Positions 34,489 to 44,422 of a stretch of 60,187 nt of DNA are shown piece by piece. The translations under genes and the position numbers were made by a program. The notes below the pieces were generated by a model. That model saw nothing but the letters and a program-made list of their open reading frames with translations. It made no database searches and was not told the DNA's origin. The first letter of the stretch is position 1. The number at the start of each line of letters is the position of its first letter. Source of the stretch: Candidatus Omnitrophota bacterium (GTDB lineage: Bacteria; Omnitrophota; Gorgyraeia; B26-G9); contig JAHJAO010000005.1 of NCBI GenBank assembly GCA_018813905.1, forward strand, positions 1 to 60,187. Direction: 5' to 3'.

Positions 34489-36568
34489 AATACCACCTAT
34501 CCTTAAGCAGTCCGCTCAATTCATCAAGGGCGTTGGCCCCAGAAAAATAAAATTATTAAACAAACTGGATATCTATACGATCGAGGATTTGTTATATCAT
34601 TTTCCCCGTCGCTATGAGGACCGCAGCCAGTTTAAGCTGATTCGAGAACTAGAAGTTGGAACTTACGAGACAATAAAAGGAAAAGTTTTAGCTTCCGGCC
34701 TGCGCCGCACAAGAACCCGCATGACGATTTTTCAGCTTGTCGTCTCCGACGAAAGCGGCGTTGTTTATGGGACCTGGTTTAATCAGCCTTATTTAAAAGA
34801 CTTTTTTAAAAACGGAGATGAGGTTGTTTTGTATGGCAAGGTAGAACGTTACGGAAAGCTGCAGATGAACTCACCGGAATATGAGCTGTTAAACCCCCAG
34901 GATGAAGATGAAAGCACGATCCATACCGGAAGAATCGTGCCGATTTATGCGCTCACTTTTGGGTTGGGACAACGGTATTTACGCAAATTAATAAAAAGTA
35001 CTTTGGATTCGTATCTGGGGCAAATAGATGAGTTTTTGCCGAAAGAAATTTCCCGGGTAAATGAGTTGATAAGTTTGAAAGAGGCCTTAAGAGAGGTGCA
35101 TTTTCCGGAAAAATTTAAAGGAATTGACGAGGCAAAGCGGCGGCTGATTTTTGAGGAATTTTTTTTCTTGGAATTGGCGCTGGCCCGAATAAAACAGGAT
35201 CTAAAAGAAAACAGTGCCGGGATTGCTTTTGCGTGCCGGGGGCAACTTTTGCAACGTTTTAAACAGCTATTGCCTTTTACGTTGACCGCTTCTCAGCTAA
35301 AAGTAATTTCCGAGATTGAAAAGGATATGAGTTCCAATAAACCGATGAATCGTCTTCTGCAGGGGGACGTGGGCAGCGGCAAGACGGTTGTTAGTATCTG
35401 GGCGCAGGTAATCTGCGTACAAAACGGATATCAAAGCGCATTGATGGCGCCGACGGAAATATTGAGCGAACAGCATTATCGGACCGTCTTGAAATTTTTA
35501 AAACCATTAGGGGTGAAGGTAGCGCGCATCTCTAGCAGCGTTAAGAAAGAAGAGAAGAAAAAACTATTGTCTTTGATCCGAAATAAAAAAATTGATGTTG
35601 TTATCGGCACCCATGCTTTAATTCAGGACGAGGTCAAATTCGCAAAACTGGGACTAGCGATTGTAGACGAGCAGCATAAATTCGGCGTCCAACAGAGAGT
35701 AAAATTGCAGAAAAAAGGAGTTATGCCCGATGTTTTGGTGATGAGCGCTACTCCGATCCCGCGAACTTTAGCGATAACCGTATTTGGGGATTTGGATAGT
35801 TCTACTATCCGCGAACTGCCTCCGGGAAGGACGCCGGTAGAAACCTACTGGATCAGCGAGAAAAAGAGGGACGACCTTTATGAATTCTTGCGCAAGAAAA
35901 TCAGGGAAGGCAACCAGGCCTATGTCGTATATCCGGTTATCGAAAAATCTAAAATTCGGGATTTAAAAGCCGCTACCCGGATGTATGAACATTTCAAACA
36001 GTCGGTTTTTTCGGACTTTTCCGTAGGGCTGCTTCACGGCCGGATGAAGGACGGAGAGAAGAGCCGGCAAATGGAGCTGTTTAAAAATAGAAAACTGGAC
36101 CTTCTTGTGGCTACGACCGTCATCGAAGTGGGTATTGATATTCCGAACGCCTCGGTAATTCTCATTGAACATGCGGAGCGCTTTGGATTAAGCCAGCTGC
36201 ATCAGCTGCGGGGGCGGGTCGGCCGGGGCAAGGCCCAAGCCTATTGCATTCTGCTTTCTAATGCGCTAAGCGAAGATGCGCACAAACGTCTGAAGGCAAT
36301 GATAACAACTAATGACGGGTTCAAGATCGCCGAATATGATTTGCTAATTCGCGGCCCGGGTGAATTTTTCGGCTCCCGTCAACATGGGTTAACAGAGCTA
36401 AAAATCGGCAACATCCTAACGGATAGCGAAATGCTTACGGCGGCGCGAAAATGCGCTTTTGAATATTTAAGCAAAAATCCGCACTTTTCCGGCCCAGAGG
36501 CGCAATTGCTTAAAGAAAAACTTATGGAAAAATTCCCCAATGGCAAAGAGGGTATTCTATCCCGTTAG
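34481..36568 (+). CDS. recG: ATP-dependent DNA helicase RecG
   Basis: It has an N-terminal wedge/OB domain, helicase motifs (GDVGSGKT, DEQHKFG, SATPIPRT) and …LHQLRGRVGRG…. Confidence 0.93.
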   Translation: MNKIPPILKQSAQFIKGVGPRKIKLLNKLDIYTIEDLLYHFPRRYEDRSQFKLIRELEVGTYETIKGKVLASGLRRTRTRMTIFQLVVSDESGVVYGTWFNQPYLKDFFKNGDEVVLYGKVERYGKLQMNSPEYELLNPQDEDESTIHTGRIVPIYALTFGLGQRYLRKLIKSTLDSYLGQIDEFLPKEISRVNELISLKEALREVHFPEKFKGIDEAKRRLIFEEFFFLELALARIKQDLKENSAGIAFACRGQLLQRFKQLLPFTLTASQLKVISEIEKDMSSNKPMNRLLQGDVGSGKTVVSIWAQVICVQNGYQSALMAPTEILSEQHYRTVLKFLKPLGVKVARISSSVKKEEKKKLLSLIRNKKIDVVIGTHALIQDEVKFAKLGLAIVDEQHKFGVQQRVKLQKKGVMPDVLVMSATPIPRTLAITVFGDLDSSTIRELPPGRTPVETYWISEKKRDDLYEFLRKKIREGNQAYVVYPVIEKSKIRDLKAATRMYEHFKQSVFSDFSVGLLHGRMKDGEKSRQMELFKNRKLDLLVATTVIEVGIDIPNASVILIEHAERFGLSQLHQLRGRVGRGKAQAYCILLSNALSEDAHKRLKAMITTNDGFKIAEYDLLIRGPGEFFGSRQHGLTELKIGNILTDSEMLTAARKCAFEYLSKNPHFSGPEAQLLKEKLMEKFPNGKEGILSR

Positions 36569-36619
36569 CGCACCCTAACATTAAATTCTGCCCAGGGATT
36601 AGAAGAGAGTGCAGGGGAG

Positions 36620-36647
36620 AGCGCCCGGGGCGCTGTGTTTTTATTTT
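36620..36647 (+). terminator. Intrinsic terminator after recG
   Basis: A GC-rich hairpin AGCGCC-CGG-GGCGCT is followed by GTGTTTTTATTTTT. Confidence 0.65.
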
Positions 36648-36723
36648 TGATTGACCTTATTTCTAATTTTTGGTATACGTATTTTATATCTAAATTTTTT
36701 GAAAAACAGAAAATTAGGCGGAT

Positions 36724-38241
36724 ATGGATAAGGATGTTTTTACCCATCATCGTCCCCTGTGGAAAACGCATATCGGTTTCCTGCTTGCGGCCATTGGTTC
36801 GGCAATCGGTTTAGGCAATATCTGGCGTTTTCCGTACCTGTGTTATAAAAATGGAGGAGGCGCTTTTTTAATCCCGTATTTTACGGCCTTATTAGTTGTG
36901 GGCATTCCGCTGATGATCCTGGAAATCGGGCTTGGGCATAAAATGCGGGGCTCGGCCCCGGCAAGTATCGCCAGTATCTCAAAAAAATGGGAATGGCTGG
37001 GGTGGTGGCAGGTAATTTTTGTCATGTTTGGAATCGTGCTTTATTATTCCGTGGTGATTTCCTGGTGTATTAATTATTTCTTTTATTCGTTTAGTACGGC
37101 CTGGCAGGATAACCCAAACACGTTTTTCTTTCAAAAATTTCTTATTGTAAGCCAAGGACCTTTTGATTTAGGAAATTTCCGCACACCGATTCTTTTTTCG
37201 CTTATGGGAGTCTGGATTTTAAACTGGGTTATTGTATTCGGCGGGGTGCAGAAAGGTTTGGAGCGGGCAAATAAGGTTTTTATGCCGCTGTTGTTTTTTT
37301 TAACCGCGATAATCGTTTTCTGGAGTGTGCGGCTTCCGGGTGCGGCCCAGGGTATTCGCGTATATCTAAGCCCGGAATTCGAACGGTTAAAGGATATTCG
37401 GGTTTGGATTGATGCTTTCAGTCAGATATTTTTTACGCTTAGCCTCGCTTTCGGCATCATGATTGCTTATGCGTCGTATCTGCCGAAAAAAAGTCAAATC
37501 GTCAGAGACGCGTTTACGATAAGTTTTATAAATTGTCTTTTTTCTGTTTTTGCCGGGTTTGGCGTCTTTTCCGTTCTGGGGTATATGGCTAAGAGTTCCG
37601 CGGTTGAAATTAAAGAAGTGGTAAGCGAATCCATCGGACTAGCGTTTATCGTTTATCCGAAAGCGATTAGTACGCTGCCGTATTTACCGCAACTGTTCGG
37701 AGTTATTTTTTTTGCTACGCTGGTTATTGCCGGTCTTTCTTCGGCGATTTCTATAGTAGAAGCGTTTACCTGCGCGATTACCGATAAGTTCCATTATAAG
37801 CGGGAGATTGTGGTTTCCGTGCTGTGTGTGTGCGGTTTTTTGGGCAGCATAATTTTTACGACTCAGGCTGGTTTGTATTGGCTGGATATCGCTGATCATT
37901 TTTTAACCCAGTACGGGCTGGTTATTGCCGCCATTTGCGAATGTATAGTTATCGGGTGGGTGTTTAAAGCGAGAAAACTGCGCGAGCACATCAATCATTT
38001 CAGCGACTGGAAACTGCACCGATGGTGGGATCTATCCATAAAGATTATCACCCCCTTGATTTTAATCGGGCTATTAATCTCTTCGTTTATCGATGAGTTT
38101 TCTAAGCCTTACGGCGGATATTCGTCGCTTGCTTTAATTTTGATTGGCCGGGATTGGCTGATTTATGCTCTGCTTTTTGCCGTGATTATTGCGTCCTATC
38201 TTTGGCGCATTGAACCTAAAGAGCGGATGTTATCACATTAA
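36724..38241 (+). CDS. Sodium-dependent transporter, neurotransmitter:sodium symporter (SNF) family
   Basis: It has the GLGNIWRFPYLCYKNGGGAFLIPY signature and about 12 TM helices. Confidence 0.9.
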   Translation: MDKDVFTHHRPLWKTHIGFLLAAIGSAIGLGNIWRFPYLCYKNGGGAFLIPYFTALLVVGIPLMILEIGLGHKMRGSAPASIASISKKWEWLGWWQVIFVMFGIVLYYSVVISWCINYFFYSFSTAWQDNPNTFFFQKFLIVSQGPFDLGNFRTPILFSLMGVWILNWVIVFGGVQKGLERANKVFMPLLFFLTAIIVFWSVRLPGAAQGIRVYLSPEFERLKDIRVWIDAFSQIFFTLSLAFGIMIAYASYLPKKSQIVRDAFTISFINCLFSVFAGFGVFSVLGYMAKSSAVEIKEVVSESIGLAFIVYPKAISTLPYLPQLFGVIFFATLVIAGLSSAISIVEAFTCAITDKFHYKREIVVSVLCVCGFLGSIIFTTQAGLYWLDIADHFLTQYGLVIAAICECIVIGWVFKARKLREHINHFSDWKLHRWWDLSIKIITPLILIGLLISSFIDEFSKPYGGYSSLALILIGRDWLIYALLFAVIIASYLWRIEPKERMLSH

Positions 38242-38269
38242 ATTTTATGTTAACATTTATCCGCTCTTT
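38218..38269 (+). terminator. Long hairpin spanning the SNF gene stop codon, possibly a terminator
   Basis: AAAGAGCGGAT (38218-38228) pairs with ATCCGCTCTTT (38259-38269) across a 30-nt loop that contains the TAA stop. The T tract is weak. Confidence 0.35.
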
Positions 38270-38319
38270 GTGTTACCATAACTTGAGGTTATCGTCTAAC
38301 TATATGGAGGTTTTGGGTA

Positions 38320-40368
38320 ATGGGAAAATATGCGGATGACAATGTCAGAAATATAATGCTGGTTTCACATTCCGGCGCAGGAAAAACAAGTCTTGTCGAA
38401 GCGATCCTTAACAGCCAGGGTATGACCAGTCGGTTAGGTAGCGTTGCCGAGGGCAATACCAAGAGCGACTATGACCCGATTGAAATCGAACGCAAGATAT
38501 CCATTAATCTTTCGGTGCTGCATTTTATAACTAACAATATTAAAATTAATCTGTTGGATACGCCCGGCTATGCCGATTTCATCAACGAATTGTTGGCAGC
38601 GGTGCCGGCGGCTAATGCGGCATTATTACTTGTCAGCGGCTACGACGGGATTGAAGTGGGTACACAGCGGGCTTGGGATATTTTGGAAAGAGAATCTGTG
38701 CCGCGGGCAATAGTAATAACGAAGCTGGACAAGGAAAATTCCGACTTTTTTAAGACCTTAGAAGAGATCCGGGGTAATTTCGGGAAAAAATGCATTCCGG
38801 TATTTTTGCCGGCGGGTAAAGAAGCAAATTTTAAAGCGATTGCGGATATTATTGCGCAGGCGGGGATGGATAAATTAGATGCGGATTTAAAAGATAGGGC
38901 CGATAAATTCAAAGAAGGATTGATCGAACTTGTTGCTGAAGTGGACGATGCCTTGATCGAGAAATATTTGAACGGGGACGAGTTGAGCGCGGATGAAATA
39001 AGCCGGACTTTGCGCCGGGCAATAAAAGAAAATAAAATAGTGCCTGTTTTTTGTATTAACGCGCTCAATTCCATAGGCATAAAGGAATTGGTTGGATTTA
39101 TCCTGGAATATTTCCCCCGGTCAAATGAAGGTTGTAGTCTTAAAGCGCTCGATGTTAAAACTAAAGAGGAGATTCAAATTGAATCGGGTCTAGACAAGCC
39201 CTTTAGTGGCTTCGTGTTTAAAACGATATCTGACCCTTACGTGGGGCAGCTGAGTGTTTTTCGGGTTGTTTCCGGAACGCTGAATTCCAACTCTGAATTT
39301 TTCAATGTCTCCAAGGATACCGTAGAGAGATTCGGACAGTTGTATGTCCTGCAGGGCAAAGAACAGTTGCCGGCAGAAAGTATTTGCTCGGGAGATATCG
39401 CCGCCGTCGCCAAATTAAAAAATACTCAGACCGGAGACTCCTTATGCGAAGCGAAAAATGCGGTTATCTTCAAGCCCACGGTTAAAGTAGAAGCGGCGAT
39501 ATCATATTCCTTAAAACCCAAGACGCGGCAGGATGAGGAGAAAATTTCTCAATCTTTAGCTAAGTTAACCATGGAAGATAAGGGCATAAAAGTGTCGCGG
39601 GATGCTCAGACCAAAGAACTTATTATTTCCGGGATGGGAGATTTGCATCTGGAAATAACAATCGCCCGGCTCAAAAGCCGCTATAACGTGGATGTCGATG
39701 TAGGTACGCCAAAGGTGCCGTATAAAGAAACGATCAAAAAGACGGCACGTATTCAGGGTAAATATAAGAGGCAATCCGGAGGCCGCGGACAGTATGGCGA
39801 TGTTTGGCTGGAAATCGAGCCTTTGGCACACGGCCAACAGTTTGAATTTTTAAATAAAATTGTTGGCGGCGTGGTGCCGCGACAGTATATTCCTTCGGTA
39901 GAAAAAGGGGTGTTAAAGGCGATGGAGGAGGGGGCTTTGGCCGGGTATCCTCTTGTAGATATCCGCGTTACCATATATGATGGTTCATATCATACCGTAG
40001 ATTCCTCAGATATGGCTTTTCAGATTGCGGCGGGTATGGCTTTGCGTAAAGGGGTTTTGGAAGCCGGCCCGGTGCTGCTTGAGCCGATTATGGATGCCGA
40101 TATTGTGGTTCCAGAAGATTGCATGGGTGCGGTAAGCGGTGATTTAAGTTCCCGCCGTGGCCGGGTCCAGGGTATGGATGTATCGGGTAAATATGAAATT
40201 ATCAAAGCACAGGTGCCGCTGGCGGAAATGTTGAAATATGCAACAGATCTGCGTTCGATGACCTCCGGCCGGGCTTCCTACGCAATGAAATTTTCTCATT
40301 ACGAAGAGGTGCCGCAGCGTATTGCCGAAAAAGTTATCGCTCAGTCAAAGATAGAAAAAGAGGACTGA
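38320..40368 (+). CDS. Elongation factor G paralog (EF-G II-like) with divergent G motifs
   Basis: It has the five-domain EF-G layout, including a conserved domain IV (DGSYHTVDSSDMAF). The G1 motif is SHSGAGKT, G3 is DTPGY (not DTPGH) and G4 is TKLD. It is not in an str-operon context. Confidence 0.85.
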   Translation: MGKYADDNVRNIMLVSHSGAGKTSLVEAILNSQGMTSRLGSVAEGNTKSDYDPIEIERKISINLSVLHFITNNIKINLLDTPGYADFINELLAAVPAANAALLLVSGYDGIEVGTQRAWDILERESVPRAIVITKLDKENSDFFKTLEEIRGNFGKKCIPVFLPAGKEANFKAIADIIAQAGMDKLDADLKDRADKFKEGLIELVAEVDDALIEKYLNGDELSADEISRTLRRAIKENKIVPVFCINALNSIGIKELVGFILEYFPRSNEGCSLKALDVKTKEEIQIESGLDKPFSGFVFKTISDPYVGQLSVFRVVSGTLNSNSEFFNVSKDTVERFGQLYVLQGKEQLPAESICSGDIAAVAKLKNTQTGDSLCEAKNAVIFKPTVKVEAAISYSLKPKTRQDEEKISQSLAKLTMEDKGIKVSRDAQTKELIISGMGDLHLEITIARLKSRYNVDVDVGTPKVPYKETIKKTARIQGKYKRQSGGRGQYGDVWLEIEPLAHGQQFEFLNKIVGGVVPRQYIPSVEKGVLKAMEEGALAGYPLVDIRVTIYDGSYHTVDSSDMAFQIAAGMALRKGVLEAGPVLLEPIMDADIVVPEDCMGAVSGDLSSRRGRVQGMDVSGKYEIIKAQVPLAEMLKYATDLRSMTSGRASYAMKFSHYEEVPQRIAEKVIAQSKIEKED

Positions 40369-40410
40369 CCGTAAAGATTTTTTCGGCGTTAAATTCTAAA
40401 CGCAAGGGTT

Positions 40411-40836
40411 ATGTTTAAACGGAAAAAGTTTGACCAAAGCAGATTAAGACCTCAGGCAGCATTCACGCTAATAGAGATAATTATTGCCCTGACGATTTTA
40501 GGTATAGGTCTGGTAGCGGTTATGTCGTATCTGCCGGTGGCTCTCGATGCGGCTAAAAAAGGCGCGGACATAACTAAAGCGGCAATTATCGCCCAGAGTG
40601 TAATGGAAATAGTTAAAGACGCCACTTATACGGATATCACTGGCGCAGATTCTATGGATACGGCGCTGGCCTATGTGGATTACAATGATGAACCCGGATT
40701 TCAGTACCAGCTGTCTATTGTGCCGCAAGGTGTGGCGCAGACCAAAAATGTAACGATTGTTATCCGTTGGCAGTGCCGCGGCAAATTTGATACGGAAACA
40801 TTTCAGTCAAGGATTGTCAAGTATAATCCGGCCTGA
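40411..40836 (+). CDS. Orphan pseudopilin-like protein
   Basis: …RPQAA|FTLIEIIIALTILGIGLVAV has a prepilin-type motif with Ala instead of Gly at -1. It is 141 aa. Confidence 0.7.
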   Translation: MFKRKKFDQSRLRPQAAFTLIEIIIALTILGIGLVAVMSYLPVALDAAKKGADITKAAIIAQSVMEIVKDATYTDITGADSMDTALAYVDYNDEPGFQYQLSIVPQGVAQTKNVTIVIRWQCRGKFDTETFQSRIVKYNPA

Positions 40837-40923
40837 AAGTATTTGTTGAAAATCTTATCTCGAATATTTGACTAGTACGCAAATCTTAATCGACTTATTT
40901 TAAAACTCAGGGGGAACGAACTT

Positions 40924-41682
40924 ATGTCTGGACATTCAAAATGGGCAAGTATTAAACATAAAAAAGCTAATGTTGACGCTAAACGCGGCAAACTATTCAC
41001 AAAACTTATAAAAGAATTAACGGTTGCGGCCCGTTCGGGCGGCGCTAATCCGGAGGCGAATCCCCGGCTGCGCCTTGCTGTTTTGCGCGCAAAAGAGGCT
41101 AATATGCCCAAAGATAATATCGAAAAAGCGATTAAAAAAGGGACCGGAGAATTGCCCGGAGTTATCTATGAAGAGGTGACCTATGAGGGCTATGGGCCAA
41201 TCGGGGTGGCGATTCTGGTGGAAGTGCTTACGGATAATAAGAACCGCACCGCTTCGGAATTGCGCAACATCTTTTCTAAAAAAGGCGGCAATATGGTGGG
41301 AGCGGGGTCGGTAAGCTGGTTGTTCAATATGGAAGGGCTGATAATTATCGACAAAGATAAAATCAGCGAAGATAAGTTAATGAATTTGGTTTTGGAAAAG
41401 GGAGCGGAAGATATGGTTACCCAGGATAAGACCTACGAAATTAAGACTTCCGTGCGTGATTTTGAAAATGTTAAACAGGCAATCGAAACCGGTAATACAG
41501 AAATGATCTCGGCTGAACTTGCGAAGATTCCGACAACGTTAGTTAAAGTAGAAGACAAAAACACAGCACAAATGGTTCTGGGACTGGTCAATGCTTTAGA
41601 GGATCATGAGGATGTCCAAAATGTTTATGCAAATTTTGATATCCCGGACCAAATTTTAAACGAACTCGGGGAAGAAAGCTAA
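40924..41682 (+). CDS. yebC: YebC/PmpR family DNA-binding regulator
   Basis: MSGHSKWASIKHKKA…DAKRGKLFTKL is the canonical N-terminus. It is upstream of ruvCAB, as in many bacteria. Confidence 0.93.
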   Translation: MSGHSKWASIKHKKANVDAKRGKLFTKLIKELTVAARSGGANPEANPRLRLAVLRAKEANMPKDNIEKAIKKGTGELPGVIYEEVTYEGYGPIGVAILVEVLTDNKNRTASELRNIFSKKGGNMVGAGSVSWLFNMEGLIIIDKDKISEDKLMNLVLEKGAEDMVTQDKTYEIKTSVRDFENVKQAIETGNTEMISAELAKIPTTLVKVEDKNTAQMVLGLVNALEDHEDVQNVYANFDIPDQILNELGEES

Positions 41683-41687
41683 AGCTT

Positions 41688-42173
41688 ATGCGAGTTTTAG
41701 GGGTTGATCCGGGATTAGGATGCACCGGATATGGTATAATCGAATCGGTTAATAATAAACTGGTTCTGCTGGAGACCGGTACGATCAGAACTTGTGCCAA
41801 AGATAGATTGCCGCAGCGGCTAAATAAGATATATCGCGGGTTAATGCAAATAGCGAAGGTATTTCAACCGCAGTTTTTAGCCGTGGAAGAATTATATTCT
41901 CATTATAAAAATCCGCGTACCGCGATAATTATGGCGCATGCGCGCGGAGTGATTTGTCTAGTCGCATCGTATGGAAACATGCGGCTTGTGGGGTATTCGG
42001 CAAAACGGGTAAAAATGGCCGTGACCGGTAGCGGGCAGGCCAAGAAAATGCAGGTACAGAAAGTTGTGCGTAACGTTTTGGGGTTGAAAAAAGAGATCCC
42101 GGCTTCGGATATCGCGGACGCTTTGGCTTTGGCGATTACGCATATCAATGCTTTTAAACGGATAAAATATTAA
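41688..42173 (+). CDS. ruvC: Holliday junction resolvase RuvC
   Basis: MRVLGVDPGLGCTGYGII…, the catalytic acidic residues and a 161 aa length all fit RuvC. Confidence 0.92.
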   Translation: MRVLGVDPGLGCTGYGIIESVNNKLVLLETGTIRTCAKDRLPQRLNKIYRGLMQIAKVFQPQFLAVEELYSHYKNPRTAIIMAHARGVICLVASYGNMRLVGYSAKRVKMAVTGSGQAKKMQVQKVVRNVLGLKKEIPASDIADALALAITHINAFKRIKY

Positions 42174-42182
42174 GGCTCGGTT

Positions 42183-42812
42183 ATGATCAGCAGAATAAAT
42201 GGCAAGCTTACTCGGCGAGGCGAAAGTTCGCTTTTGATTGAGGTCAACGGTTTTGGTTATGAGGTATTGATTCCGGCAGGAGTCATGAAGTGTATAAGCC
42301 AGGACATAGACAGCATTAGCCTTGTGACTTATCACTATCATCAGACCGATCCATCTAAAAGCGTTCCTGTTCTGATCGGTTTTTTGAACGAAGTGGAAAA
42401 AGAGTTTTTTGAAAAATTTATTACTGTTTCCGGTATCGGGCCGAAGGCGGCAGTGAAAGCGATTAGTGAGCCGATTGCCGATTTAGCCCGGGCCATAGAC
42501 GAAGCCGATATAAAATTTTTACAGTCGCTGCCGGGTATTGGCCAACAGCGGGCCCGCGAAATCGTAGCTAAACTGCAGGGCAAAGTCGGTAAATTTGCCC
42601 TGATGAAATGCGAAGTTAAATCGGGAACCGCTGTTAAATCCGCGAAGTCGGCAATAGAACAGGAAGCCGTTTCCGTATTGTTGCAGCTGCAATATAAGCG
42701 TCCGGAGGCAGAACTAATGGTTCGCAAGGCACGAGAACGTGCTCCGGAAGTGGAAACCGTGGAAGGATTGTTAAATGAAGTTTACAGACAAAAATCAAAA
42801 CAAGCGAAATAA
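42183..42812 (+). CDS. ruvA: Holliday junction DNA helicase RuvA
   Basis: It has MISRINGKL…GFGYEVLIP and HhH motifs (LQSLPGIGQQRAREIV). Confidence 0.9.
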   Translation: MISRINGKLTRRGESSLLIEVNGFGYEVLIPAGVMKCISQDIDSISLVTYHYHQTDPSKSVPVLIGFLNEVEKEFFEKFITVSGIGPKAAVKAISEPIADLARAIDEADIKFLQSLPGIGQQRAREIVAKLQGKVGKFALMKCEVKSGTAVKSAKSAIEQEAVSVLLQLQYKRPEAELMVRKARERAPEVETVEGLLNEVYRQKSKQAK

Positions 42813-43875
42813 AAATCCTAAAAAAAACAGCGAAGATTTACTTCGCGACCCGATTTTTTTTCAACAGGAAACGGACGAAGATGTTGTTTTAAATCTCTCA
42901 TTGCGTCCGCTTGAATTCCGCGATTTTATCGGACAGGAAAAAATTAAAGAAAATTTAAAAATCGCGATTTGCGCCGCGAAATCCCGAAGCGAACCCTTGG
43001 AACACATCATTCTTTCGGGGCCGCCGGGCTTAGGCAAGACTACCCTTGCGCATATTATCGCACATGAAATGGGCACTAAAATTACGGCCACTTCCGGTCC
43101 GGCTATCGAGCGGGCCGGAGATTTAATCGGCATTCTGACTAATTTAGAACAAGGGGACATTCTATTTATTGATGAAATTCACAGGTTGTCAAAAATTGTC
43201 GAAGAATTTTTATATCCGGCCATGGAAAACTATACGATCGATTTTGTAATCGATAAAGGGCCGTATGCGAAAACGATAAAGTTTAATTTAAAACCTTTTA
43301 CTTTGATCGGCGCGACCACCCGTTCCGGGCTGTTAAGCGCGCCGTTGCGTAGCCGGTTTGGGATGTATTATCATCTTGATTTCTATCCTTGGCAAGAGCT
43401 GGTGGAGATTATCGAAAAATCTTCAAAGGTACTTGAGATGAACTTGGATAAAAATAGCGCGGTTCTAATCGCAAAACGCTCCCGGGGCACGCCCCGGGTG
43501 GCTAATCGGCTGCTACGGCGGGTTCGGGATTATGCGCAGGTAAAGACAAAGGGCGAAATTAGCGCGCAAATAACGGAAACGGCATTAAATTTACAAGGTG
43601 TGGATAACCTGGGGTTGGATGAGATCGATCGAAAAGTTTTAAAAGTTATTTTGGATACCTACCATGGCGGTCCCGTGGGGATTGAGTCCCTTGCGGCCAC
43701 CCTAAACGAGGAAAGCGATACGATTGTAGATGTCGTGGAACCCTACCTTCTAAAAATTGGATTGCTCAAACGCGGCCCGCGCGGCCGGCAGGCAACCCGT
43801 TATGCCTATGAACATCTGGGGCTTCAATACAATAAGGCCCAGCAGAAGGAGCTGTTTAAAAAGGATGGGAAGTAA
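42775..43875 (+). CDS. ruvB: Holliday junction DNA helicase RuvB
   Basis: It has LRPLEFRDFIGQEKIKENL, Walker A GPPGLGKTTLA, DEIHRL and GTPRVANRLLRRVRD. Confidence 0.94.
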   Translation: MKFTDKNQNKRNKNPKKNSEDLLRDPIFFQQETDEDVVLNLSLRPLEFRDFIGQEKIKENLKIAICAAKSRSEPLEHIILSGPPGLGKTTLAHIIAHEMGTKITATSGPAIERAGDLIGILTNLEQGDILFIDEIHRLSKIVEEFLYPAMENYTIDFVIDKGPYAKTIKFNLKPFTLIGATTRSGLLSAPLRSRFGMYYHLDFYPWQELVEIIEKSSKVLEMNLDKNSAVLIAKRSRGTPRVANRLLRRVRDYAQVKTKGEISAQITETALNLQGVDNLGLDEIDRKVLKVILDTYHGGPVGIESLAATLNEESDTIVDVVEPYLLKIGLLKRGPRGRQATRYAYEHLGLQYNKAQQKELFKKDGK

Positions 43876-44422
43876 ACCGCGGATACTTTTGCACACCTGT
43901 TGCGCGCCGTGTCTGATTTTCCCGAGTAAAAAATTAAAGTCTGCTGGATTTGAAGTAATCGGATTTTTTTATAATCCTAATATTTATCCGCAAGATGAAT
44001 ACCGCCGGCGAAAAGATACGCTCTTGTGTTATGCCGCGCAAATTAATGTAGAGATGCGCTCAGAGTCTACAGAAAACGATGCGGTTTTTTTTGACCAGGC
44101 CGTCGCGGGATCCGATAACAAACCTGCGCGTTGTTCTGCATGCTGGTATCTACGGCTTTACAGGAGCGCCCAATACGCAAAAAAGAATGCGATCGGTATT
44201 TTTACGTCGACGCTACTGGTAAGCCCTTATCAAGACATAGAGATAGTGCGGGCCATGGGCGAGAAAGCGGCCAAGGAGTTGGAAATTGCTTTCTATGATG
44301 CGGATTTTCGTTCCGGCTATCATGATTGCGTTAAGATTTCTAAGCAGGAGAATTTGTACCGTCAAAAATATTGCGGCTGCCGCAGGAGTATTGAAGAAAG
44401 TAAAGAGAAAAAAGCAAAATGA
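43865..44422 (+). CDS. queH: Epoxyqueuosine reductase QueH (DUF208)
   Basis: It has LLHTCCAPC, …ARCSACW… and …YRQKYCGC… cysteine motifs. The start was moved to ATG 43865 (MGSKPRILL…), because the longer ORF lies inside ruvB. Confidence 0.85.
   Translation: MGSKPRILLHTCCAPCLIFPSKKLKSAGFEVIGFFYNPNIYPQDEYRRRKDTLLCYAAQINVEMRSESTENDAVFFDQAVAGSDNKPARCSACWYLRLYRSAQYAKKNAIGIFTSTLLVSPYQDIEIVRAMGEKAAKELEIAFYDADFRSGYHDCVKISKQENLYRQKYCGCRRSIEESKEKKAK

Noticed and set aside
36569-36723. A GGGGAGAG…GCGCCCGGGGCGC segment upstream of the SNF (amino-acid/neurotransmitter-type) transporter, considered as a glycine or other amino-acid riboswitch.
   Set aside because: It lacks the paired aptamer architecture and the conserved ACCGAAGGGGCAA-type core. 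The GC hairpin plus T tract is fully explained as the recG terminator.
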